A stretch of 64,000 nucleotides of DNA from an uncultured Methanobrevibacter sp. (lineage in GTDB: Archaea; Methanobacteriota; Methanobacteria; Methanobacteriales; Methanobacteriaceae), in contig NZ_ONER01000001.1 of NCBI RefSeq assembly GCF_900316895.1, positions 35,500 to 99,499 on the forward strand, read 5' to 3'. The position numbers and the translations under genes are program-made. The stretch's first letter is position 1, and every line of letters starts with the position of its first letter. This document shows, in pieces, positions 56,830 through 64,000 of this stretch. The notes below the pieces were generated by a model. It did not search any database. It had not been told where the DNA came from and saw nothing but the letters and a program-made list of their open reading frames with translations.

Positions 56830-57369
56830 TTATAAAAGAGCTTTTATAGCTTCTTTTACATCATTTAAATCTTCTGTTGGCTCGAATCTGCGCACAACAT
56901 TACCTTCACGGTCAACTAAAAACTTGGTAAAATTCCATTTGATATCATTGTTGTCCTTGTAATGTCTATCCATCATTTTAACAACCAGTTTAAGTTTTCC
57001 CGCACCTTTACCAGTTAAGCCAACAAATGGCTGTTCATTTTTAAGATATTCAAATAATGGAGATGCATCTTCACCATTGACATCGATTTTTTCAAAGATT
57101 GTATATGGCACCAGCCATTTTGAGCGACAGACCTCAGTGATTTCTTCAGTTGTTCCCGGTGCCTGGTTTCCAAACTGGTTGCATGGGAAATCCAAAATTT
57201 CAAAGCCTTGTTCGTTGAATTCAGCGTATATTTCGTTTAATTCTGTGTATTGTGGTGTAAAACCACATTTTGTTGCTGAGTTTACTATTAAAAGTACTTT
57301 GTCTTTGTATTGGGATAGTGAAACAGTATTGCCGTCACCATCTTTAACTTCAAAATCATATACTGACAT
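56830..57369 (-). CDS. Glutathione peroxidase-family thiol peroxidase
   Basis: NSATKCGFTPQY (peroxidatic Cys), FPCNQFGNQAPG, WNFTKFLVDREG. Strong RBS GGAGG. Confidence 0.9.
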   Translation of the reverse strand: MSVYDFEVKDGDGNTVSLSQYKDKVLLIVNSATKCGFTPQYTELNEIYAEFNEQGFEILDFPCNQFGNQAPGTTEEITEVCRSKWLVPYTIFEKIDVNGEDASPLFEYLKNEQPFVGLTGKGAGKLKLVVKMMDRHYKDNNDIKWNFTKFLVDREGNVVRRFEPTEDLNDVKEAIKALL

Positions 57370-57459
57370 AAAATGCCTCCTTTTAAATTAATTTAATATT
57401 AAGTATATTTAAAGCTATTGTAAAAAAAGTATAAATTATTCAAAAATAAATTTTTATAT

Positions 57460-58551
57460 ATGACAAGACAAGAAAAAATCATTAAAACCAGTGTAATTGG
57501 CATTATAGTCAATCTCATTCTTGTTGCATTCAAGGCATTTGTTGGAATAGTTACAAATTCCATCGCAATTACTTTGGATGCGGTCAATAACTTAACCGAT
57601 GCCCTTTCCTCCATCATCACCATAATTGGAGCAAAGCTTGCAAACAGACCCCCTGACAAAAATCATCCATATGGTTATGGGCGTATAGAATACTTTTCAT
57701 CCGTAATTATTGCAGCTATCGTTTTATGGGCAGGTATCACTGCATTTATGGAATCCTGGCCAAAGATCTTTACTCCGGATGTTACAAATTACACAACAGT
57801 ATCACTTGTGATTATTGCAGTTGCAATAGTTGTGAAACTTGCATTGGGCAGATATGTAAAGAGTGTTGGTGAAGACATCAATTCACAAGCTCTTGTGGCT
57901 TCCGGAAGCGATGCTCTTTTTGATTCCATATTATCTCTGTCAACATTGGTTGCGGCTTTAATCTCAATATTTTTCCACATTTCACTTGAGGGAATTTTAG
58001 GTGTAATCATATCAATCGTGATTATCAAAGCAAGTATCGACATGATAAGGGAAACACTTGACAGCATGATTGGCGCAAGGGTGGATTCTGAATTGTCAAG
58101 AAAAATTAAAGACTCAATATGTGAATTGCCTGAAGTCTATGGAGCCTATGATTTGAGTTTGCACAATTATGGGCCGGAAGACATGCAGGGATCTGTTCAT
58201 GTTGAAGTCGATGACAGCCTGACTGCATTGGAAATCCACAATTTGACCCGTAAAATTTCAATTAAAATCTATGAGGAATTCTCAATCATACTGACAGTTG
58301 GAATATATGCAAGAAACAATAAATTTAATGATATTCGCAATGATTTATATGAAATCGCTTCAAAATACGAAGAAATCATTGAAATACATGGTTTTATAGT
58401 TTATGAGACTCAAAAACTCATAACCTTTGACATGATTGTTGATTTCGATGCTGATAGGGAAAAGGTTAAAAACAAAATTCTAGAAGAAATTAAACAAAAA
58501 CATCCTCAGTTTACATATCAGGTTATTGACGATTATGATGTGAGTGATTAA
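57460..58551 (+). CDS. Cation diffusion facilitator (CDF) family metal efflux transporter
   Basis: Six TM segments. LDAVNNLTDALSS and SDALFDSILS metal-site-like motifs. C-terminal cytoplasmic domain of about 100 aa. Confidence 0.8.
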   Translation: MTRQEKIIKTSVIGIIVNLILVAFKAFVGIVTNSIAITLDAVNNLTDALSSIITIIGAKLANRPPDKNHPYGYGRIEYFSSVIIAAIVLWAGITAFMESWPKIFTPDVTNYTTVSLVIIAVAIVVKLALGRYVKSVGEDINSQALVASGSDALFDSILSLSTLVAALISIFFHISLEGILGVIISIVIIKASIDMIRETLDSMIGARVDSELSRKIKDSICELPEVYGAYDLSLHNYGPEDMQGSVHVEVDDSLTALEIHNLTRKISIKIYEEFSIILTVGIYARNNKFNDIRNDLYEIASKYEEIIEIHGFIVYETQKLITFDMIVDFDADREKVKNKILEEIKQKHPQFTYQVIDDYDVSD

Positions 58552-58593
58552 TATATACTAGTTTGGACAAATATATCTGTAAGGTGATAAACA

Positions 58594-58971
58594 ATGGAAA
58601 AAAATAATATCATTTTAATTGCTATAGGAATTCTAGTAATTGCACTTTTAGCAATTGGAGCATACATGGTCACCACCAACAGTCAAGATTCAGTGAACAA
58701 TGTTACTGTTGAAAACAATACCACAAATACAACCGTTAATGACACAAATGTCATTATGATTGATAAGGATGGTAAAGATTCAAACAACACTGTTGTTGGA
58801 GATAATTCACCAAGAAACGACAATAATACCAACAATACGACTGCAAGAGTATATAACCCTCAAACCGATTCATACGTAACCGTAATCGGAGAAGGTTATG
58901 ACGTTGAAGTTGACAGATGGTATACCTACGATACAGATGGTGTAAGATACTACAATACAAGAATTAAATAA
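58594..58971 (+). CDS. Small membrane-anchored Asn/Thr-rich protein
   Basis: RBS AGGTGA. TM segment IILIAIGILVIALLAIGAYMV, then a dense run of N-x-T sequons. Confidence 0.6.
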   Translation: MEKNNIILIAIGILVIALLAIGAYMVTTNSQDSVNNVTVENNTTNTTVNDTNVIMIDKDGKDSNNTVVGDNSPRNDNNTNNTTARVYNPQTDSYVTVIGEGYDVEVDRWYTYDTDGVRYYNTRIK

Positions 58972-58990
58972 TTTTAATTCTTTCTTTTTT

Positions 58991-59284
58991 TTATTTTATG
59001 AACACAGAATTTGTCAGATTATCCCTATATGTTGTTTCATCCCTCAGAGATTCTATATGATGAATCACATTCAGTTTCAAATCCTCTAATTTTATGCGAA
59101 TTTCCAAATCATTGAAATCTACCTGAAACTGAAACAGATATTTGACTTCCATGTCATAGTCATATATTACCCAATTAGGCCCGTTAATGTCTAAAAGCTG
59201 AATGGACCACCTGTCCATGATTCCGGTGATTTGTGAGGTCACATCATCAACATCAAAGTTTTCATCAAGAAAAATTTCCTTCAT
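58991..59284 (-). CDS. Small acidic hypothetical protein (97 aa)
   Basis: ATGA overlap with the upstream 97-aa gene. No recognisable motif. Confidence 0.5.
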   Translation of the reverse strand: MKEIFLDENFDVDDVTSQITGIMDRWSIQLLDINGPNWVIYDYDMEVKYLFQFQVDFNDLEIRIKLEDLKLNVIHHIESLRDETTYRDNLTNSVFIK

Positions 59285-59574
59285 TGGTAGAGATCCTCTG
59301 ATTCATTTTGAGGAGCAAAATTAAGCTCGATTTCCTCACGGTTGAAAATTCCGAATGTGGTAATCTCACTTTTGCGGATGGTCAATGCCTGGCCGACGCT
59401 ATTATCCTCAATTGATATCAAGCTGACATTCAGCCATTCGTCGTCCTCGGACAAGTAAGAGCAAGGCTCGAATAATTGGAATTTGGTTATAATTGTTAAA
59501 AGAAGGTCGTTAATGTCTGCACTGTTACCTGTATGTTCCTGATTTAGGTTTAAAATTTTGTCCTTTACATTCAT
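59281..59574 (-). CDS. Small acidic hypothetical protein (97 aa)
   Basis: Lies 53 nt downstream of the zinc-ribbon/HExxH gene on the same strand. No recognisable motif. Confidence 0.5.
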   Translation of the reverse strand: MNVKDKILNLNQEHTGNSADINDLLLTIITKFQLFEPCSYLSEDDEWLNVSLISIEDNSVGQALTIRKSEITTFGIFNREEIELNFAPQNESEDLYQ

Positions 59575-59627
59575 GAATTTAGTTTAGTCGTTAAAATATA
59601 AGTCCTTTTCTAAGAGATTGAAATATC

Positions 59628-60866
59628 TCATAGAATGGAAAGCAACTTGTCGATGTTTGAAGCGGCAACTTCACAGCCATCATTCAAAATCAGCCAAATG
59701 GCCTTAATAAAACCTTCATCATTAAGAATTTGGCAGTTTTCCATTTCCAAAGCCCTGTAATTTGGCCTTTCCATAACATCTTTTAAAAATTGTTCCTTTA
59801 TCTCCTCACGCATTTGCCTGTCAATAAGGGATTCGAGTATCTCCTTGATGGATAGGGCAAATGTGTTTCCAATCGATTTGGTGATTTCAATTTCTTCTGC
59901 AGTCATTTCCCCATCCATACTTTGCTCAATTTGGGTAAATGAAGAGTAATCCTGAAAACCGAAAATGGTAAATCTTCCCTCGACATTGTGGGCGGCATAT
60001 TCATCAATCAATTGGGTGAAATGAGCATAGGACAATATGAAGGTAAGCAATGACTCGGTTAATGAATTTCGAGTTGCATCCAATAATTTGCAAAGGATAT
60101 GAATCAGTATTTCCTGAATTAAAAAATGGGACAGCTCATGAATCAATGTAGTGATTTGAAGGGAATCAGTTTGCCTGTCATCAATGGATATGACATCTGA
60201 TTCAAAATAGCCCAACTGACTTCCGGATGATTTATAATCAACTTTTACAAAGGATTTTGCAAACAGTATTATCTTTTCGAGGATGTCCAACTCATCAAAG
60301 TCGATTTCATTTTCCTTAACCAGCTTATTGAAATTCAAAAATGCCTGGGATTTGATATCATGCAGAATAATCTGATAATCATCTATTGTAAAGTCAAATT
60401 CATTAATTTTTAAGAGATTTCCTTTATTTAGCAAATCCTCAAAGGACTCATAACTGTTTTGTCCATTAAAAATGAATTTAGGCTCTGATTTGATATCACA
60501 AACGTCTACTTTATCAGAAATCTTTTTAAGATGAACAAGACAGTCAGGGCAGACAACTTCTTCCTTCGGATATTCACGACCGCATTCGGGGCAATATTTT
60601 TTGGGTTCAGAAAACGGAATAACCTTCAATACAGATTTTGTTTCCTTCCTCAACTCACCGGGACGAGACTCCATAGGCACTTTATCATCATCAATGTCCA
60701 TGTCCATGGAGGACTCCAGTATGGCATCCTCATCGAATGAAATTTCCCGACAATAACATTTAACCATATCAATAGGTTTAAACTCCCTTAAAACCTCTTT
60801 TATCAAATCCAATTTTTCTGTATCATACTGACTATACCTTGACAAATCATTAATATTTCCAGTCAT
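59628..60866 (-). CDS. Zinc-ribbon protein with HExxH motif (putative metallopeptidase-like)
   Basis: CPECGREYPKEEVVCPDCL zinc ribbon near residue 95. TLIHELSHFLIQE (HExxH) near residue 245, with DEYAAH downstream. ATG at 60866; the track start at 60878 is GTG. Confidence 0.6.
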   Translation of the reverse strand: MTGNINDLSRYSQYDTEKLDLIKEVLREFKPIDMVKCYCREISFDEDAILESSMDMDIDDDKVPMESRPGELRKETKSVLKVIPFSEPKKYCPECGREYPKEEVVCPDCLVHLKKISDKVDVCDIKSEPKFIFNGQNSYESFEDLLNKGNLLKINEFDFTIDDYQIILHDIKSQAFLNFNKLVKENEIDFDELDILEKIILFAKSFVKVDYKSSGSQLGYFESDVISIDDRQTDSLQITTLIHELSHFLIQEILIHILCKLLDATRNSLTESLLTFILSYAHFTQLIDEYAAHNVEGRFTIFGFQDYSSFTQIEQSMDGEMTAEEIEITKSIGNTFALSIKEILESLIDRQMREEIKEQFLKDVMERPNYRALEMENCQILNDEGFIKAIWLILNDGCEVAASNIDKLLSIL

Positions 60867-60977
60867 GAAAATCCCCACAAGTTAATAATATTTTTAACTT
60901 AACACCTTAAAAATTTTTCACAATACATCCTAAATTAGAAAAGTTTAATTTATAATAAAACACATATAATTAAATTA

Positions 60978-61691
60978 ATGAAAACAATAGCTATTGGTGT
61001 TGGTGAAAACGAAAATATTATTCAAGCTTGTCATATTTTCAAAGAAAAACACCCAAAAACGGATATAAGACTAATATATAGTGATGATGACTTGATAAAA
61101 GCTGTCTTAGACAACAATATTGCGGCAGTAGTTCGTGGATCACTTCCTGCTTCCAATATTATGCAATATCTCAAACAGCATTACCCAAACTTATCAAGAG
61201 CAACATATGTTAATGGAAATGGACATGAATTTCTATTGTCTCCCGTTGGAATTGATGAGGGTAATACTGTCGATGAAAAATATGAAATTGTACTGAATTG
61301 TATTGATTTTCTTAAAAAAGTAGGTAAAAAACCTAAAATTGCAGTTTTGGCTGAAGGAAGAGAAGATGACTTTGGAAGAGGCAGCGAAGTATCAAATTCA
61401 ATAATCGACAGCAAAAAACTAACAAAAATGATACAGGAAAATACATCAGAAGATGTTGAGAATTATTTTATTCTTATAGAAAAAGCCATAAACAGCAAAT
61501 CCAACATTATCATTGCTCCTAATGGACGAGTGGGAAACATAATTTTCAGGACACTTGTTCTTCTAAATTCATGGCCAAGCCACGGTGCTGTAACATTCGG
61601 CATCGATAGGATTTACATTGACACAAGTAGAGATCAAAGCATTGATGGTTATGTCCGTAGTTTAATTTTAGCTGATGAATTATCAAAATAA
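60978..61691 (+). CDS. PTA/PlsX-fold protein, possibly MtxX / methanogen marker protein 4-like
   Basis: The N-terminal MKTIAIGVGENENIIQA and the size (~237 aa) resemble the methanogen MtxX-type family as I recall it. No decisive motif. Confidence 0.35.
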   Translation: MKTIAIGVGENENIIQACHIFKEKHPKTDIRLIYSDDDLIKAVLDNNIAAVVRGSLPASNIMQYLKQHYPNLSRATYVNGNGHEFLLSPVGIDEGNTVDEKYEIVLNCIDFLKKVGKKPKIAVLAEGREDDFGRGSEVSNSIIDSKKLTKMIQENTSEDVENYFILIEKAINSKSNIIIAPNGRVGNIIFRTLVLLNSWPSHGAVTFGIDRIYIDTSRDQSIDGYVRSLILADELSK

Positions 61692-62465
61692 GTGATGAAC
61701 ATGGCAGAAAACATACTTTATAGATTATATGAATGGTACATTACTCGTAATTTAAAACCGGAAAAGATGCCAAAACATGTTGCTATAATTATGGATGGAA
61801 ACAGGAGATACTCCAAACTTCAGGGAAACATAGATGTTGTCAAAGGTCACGAAATAGGTGTGGACACATTGGAAAAAGTTCTTGACTGGAGTATTGAGCT
61901 TGGAATTGAAATTATTACCGTTTATGCCTTTTCAACAGAAAACTTCAACAGGCCACAGCATGAAGTCGAAGGACTGATGAATCTCTTTGTAACAAACTTC
62001 AAGAGATTAGTGGACCATGAAAAAATACATAGAAATGAAGTTAGAGTAAAAGTGGTCGGCAGAACCGAGCTAATACCGGAAAGCGTTCGTGAAGCAATCA
62101 AGGAAGCTGAAGATGCAACTGCAAAATACGAAAAAAGATTATTTAACATAGCTATTGGATATGATGGACGTTTGGAAATCATAGATTCTTTCAAAAAGAT
62201 TATTGAGCAGGTGCAATCCGGCGAAATCACTGTTGATGATGTTGATGAGGATCTTGTAAGCAAAAACCTTTATACCGAAGGACTGGCTGACCCTAACTTA
62301 ATTATCCGTACCAGCGGTGAAGAGCGCTTAAGCGGATTTTTACTTTGGCAATCTTCCTACTCAGAACTCTATTTCTGTGAAACATTATGGCCAGAGCTCA
62401 GGAAAGTTGATTTTATAAGAGCAATCAGGTCATATCAAGAGCGTGAACGAAGATTTGGAGTTTAG
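61692..62465 (+). CDS. uppS: cis-prenyltransferase (undecaprenyl diphosphate synthase family)
   Basis: [49 protein letters not shown] at 61692, with ATGs at 61695 and 61701 as alternative starts. Confidence 0.9.
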   Translation: MMNMAENILYRLYEWYITRNLKPEKMPKHVAIIMDGNRRYSKLQGNIDVVKGHEIGVDTLEKVLDWSIELGIEIITVYAFSTENFNRPQHEVEGLMNLFVTNFKRLVDHEKIHRNEVRVKVVGRTELIPESVREAIKEAEDATAKYEKRLFNIAIGYDGRLEIIDSFKKIIEQVQSGEITVDDVDEDLVSKNLYTEGLADPNLIIRTSGEERLSGFLLWQSSYSELYFCETLWPELRKVDFIRAIRSYQERERRFGV

Positions 62466-62468
62466 ACA

Positions 62469-63230
62469 ATGATTGATACCCATTGCCACATTGATTTTAA
62501 AGACTTTGATGATGACCGTGAGGACGTCATTAAAAGAGCCAAAGACAAACTTGACCATGTAATCGTTTCAGGATACAGCAATGACAGCAATATGGATGTT
62601 TTGCAACTTTCCAAAGATTACAAAGGTTTCATATACCCTACTTTCGGTTTTCATCCGGTAAGCTCACAAAACGCCACAGAAGAAGACATTAAAAAAGCAC
62701 ATGAAAATATTTCCAAATACCTTGATGACATCGTAGCAATCGGCGAAGTCGGAATGGATTACTTTTACGTTACAGACAAGGCAATGCGTGAAAGGCAGCA
62801 GGAAATATTCAAAGGATTTCTGGAACTTGCAAACGAGTACAAGGTCCCAATAGTTATGCATGTCAGGGATTGTGAAAAAAAAGCCGTAAATATCATTCCA
62901 GAATATGAAGACATCCCTTATTTCGTTTTTCATTGTTATGGAGGAAGCCTCAAGACCGCCAAAAAGATCATGAACATGGACAATTGCGCAATGAGCTTTT
63001 CCACAATGCTGTGCTATTCCAAACACCATCAGGACCTGATTGAAAAGATAGATCTTGACTATGTCCTGACTGAAACTGACAGCCCCTATCTGGCAATGAC
63101 AAAAGAAGAGAGAAATGAACCTGCAAATGTCGTCAATGCAGTTCATAAAATTGCCGAGATAAAGGATATGGATGTTGAGACCGTTGATGAGATTACCACC
63201 AACAATGCTCTAAAAATTTTTAAAATCTAG
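62469..63230 (+). CDS. tatD: TatD-family metal-dependent hydrolase
   Basis: MIDTHCHIDF, GEVGMDYF, VMHVRD, FHCYGGS, LTETDSPYL. RBS GGAG. Confidence 0.9.
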   Translation: MIDTHCHIDFKDFDDDREDVIKRAKDKLDHVIVSGYSNDSNMDVLQLSKDYKGFIYPTFGFHPVSSQNATEEDIKKAHENISKYLDDIVAIGEVGMDYFYVTDKAMRERQQEIFKGFLELANEYKVPIVMHVRDCEKKAVNIIPEYEDIPYFVFHCYGGSLKTAKKIMNMDNCAMSFSTMLCYSKHHQDLIEKIDLDYVLTETDSPYLAMTKEERNEPANVVNAVHKIAEIKDMDVETVDEITTNNALKIFKI

Positions 63231-63595
63231 AAATGAAGTGTGAAATTCAGATTAATCAGCACATCCTTATTTTCTTTAACTGCTTCTATTTCCAATTCAA
63301 ATTCATCCAAATCATTTTTAACAAGATTTATCAAATGATAATCCAAAAAAGAATCGTTTAAATAAACAATGAATTGATTCCTGTCTATTTTCACTGACCT
63401 TCGGCAGAACAGTTTGAAGGCATAGAGATAATACTCCAGTCTGAATATCAAGTCTTCCTTATCCCCATTGCCGTTGATGAAGTACTCCTTCAAATCATTT
63501 TGCAGTATTTTTCCCTCATCGCCAACATCGGCCTTGAATGTTTCCATTTCAATTAAATCATCCATCAGTTGTTGCTTTTCTTCCTCATTATACAT
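63227..63595 (-). CDS. Small acidic hypothetical protein (122 aa)
   Basis: The start codon directly abuts the stop of the upstream 108-aa gene. Convergent 4-nt overlap with tatD. Confidence 0.5.
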   Translation of the reverse strand: MYNEEEKQQLMDDLIEMETFKADVGDEGKILQNDLKEYFINGNGDKEDLIFRLEYYLYAFKLFCRRSVKIDRNQFIVYLNDSFLDYHLINLVKNDLDEFELEIEAVKENKDVLINLNFTLHF

Positions 63596-63922
63596 TCAAT
63601 CACTTAATTTGAAGTTCAATTTTAAAAGATTATATGAATTCGGCAAAAATGTAATGGTAAACTTATCGAATGCATCATCCAAATCGCGCAATAAATCAAA
63701 TTCCAAATCATCCGGAATGATATGGAGAACAAATGAATCCTCATTAATTTCAACTTCCAACTCTTCAAACAAGGGAACATTCAGCTCTGAAATGAATACA
63801 TATTTGTAGACAATCAGTTCATAGTCATTTACTTCCTTTTCGGACTTGATTATATCAGCCAATTCATCCTGCAGTTTGGATGCGATTGCATTAAAAGTCA
63901 TGCTAAAACCTCTTGAATACAT
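63596..63922 (-). CDS. Small acidic hypothetical protein (108 aa)
   Basis: The start codon (63922-63920) directly abuts the TAA stop (63925-63923) of a further upstream gene. Confidence 0.5.
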   Translation of the reverse strand: MYSRGFSMTFNAIASKLQDELADIIKSEKEVNDYELIVYKYVFISELNVPLFEELEVEINEDSFVLHIIPDDLEFDLLRDLDDAFDKFTITFLPNSYNLLKLNFKLSD

Positions 63923-64000
63923 TTAACTTATGTGATTTGTCATGATATTTGTTCGGGTCCTGCAGGCTGTCAAATGTGCTGTTCGGCATGAATTGGCTGC
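63923..64000 (-). CDS. 3-prime end of an unidentified gene entering from beyond the window
   Basis: Hand translation of the minus strand gives ...AANSCRTAHLTACRTRTNIMTNHIS-stop, in an open frame to the window edge. This fragment is noticeably more GC-rich than its surroundings. Confidence 0.35.
   Translation of the reverse strand, partial: AANSCRTAHLTACRTRTNIMTNHIS

Noticed and set aside
57399-57659. Minus-strand ORFs opposite plus-strand genes: 57399..57659 and 57789..58067 (opposite the CDF transporter), 61181..61414, 61922..62263 and 62664..63146. Also the plus-strand ORF 63468..63809, opposite the minus-strand genes 63227..63595 and 63596..63922.
   Set aside because: They are antisense to genes with clear family motifs (CDF, uppS, tatD) or to tightly packed small genes. 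They have no RBS and unusual composition.
1-64000. Search for CRISPR arrays, tRNA/rRNA genes, IS elements, integrases or prophage genes.
   Set aside because: I saw no regularly spaced direct repeats, no GC-rich structured RNA-like islands in the AT-rich intergenic regions, and no ORF with transposase, integrase, Cas or phage-like motifs. tRNAs cannot be fully excluded without a covariance-model scan.

Overview
This is an AT-rich, archaeal-looking window. It best fits a Methanobrevibacter-type (Methanobacteriales) methanogen. That is an inference from the beta-helix adhesin-like proteins, an MtxX-like gene, GGTGA/GGAG-type ribosome-binding sites and oligo-T terminators.

Positions 1 to about 55.7 kb form one very large cell-envelope glycopolymer locus, almost entirely on the minus strand. 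It contains:
- eight TagF-like CDP-glycerol/polyol-phosphate transferase domains, some fused to GT2 or GT4 domains
- about eleven GT2 domains and a LicD-family phosphotransferase
- a CgeB-like glycosyltransferase and two polytopic GT-C/DUF2142-like membrane proteins
- a GtrB-like polyprenyl-phosphate glycosyltransferase plus GtrA pair
- three acyltransferase-3 membrane proteins
- UDP-glucose 6-dehydrogenase, a DegT-type sugar aminotransferase and an ATP-grasp/HAD fusion
- three interspersed adhesin-like proteins (signal peptide, GGAI/FxxN parallel beta-helix, hyper-basic Lys-rich C-terminus)
- a polar-amino-acid ABC importer operon embedded in the locus

The last 8 kb is housekeeping or miscellaneous: universal stress protein, glutathione peroxidase, CDF transporter, MtxX-like protein, uppS and tatD. 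It also holds two sets of small acidic hypothetical proteins, one of them behind a zinc-ribbon/HExxH protein.

I saw no rRNA, tRNA, CRISPR array, transposase or integrase.

The observations most worth follow-up are:
- a recurrent coiled-coil plus SWK[IL]TxPLR C-terminal module, including a stand-alone 107-aa version
- recurrent N-terminal YYKN coiled-coil leaders
- a TagF-GT4 fusion gene split by a single in-frame TGA
- a 3 x ~90-aa repeat protein
- an ATP-grasp/HAD fusion that together with ugd suggests uronic-acid amidation
- a markedly lower-GC sub-block at about 9.2-23 kb

No cytidylyltransferase, initiating phosphoglycosyltransferase or polymer exporter is visible in the window.
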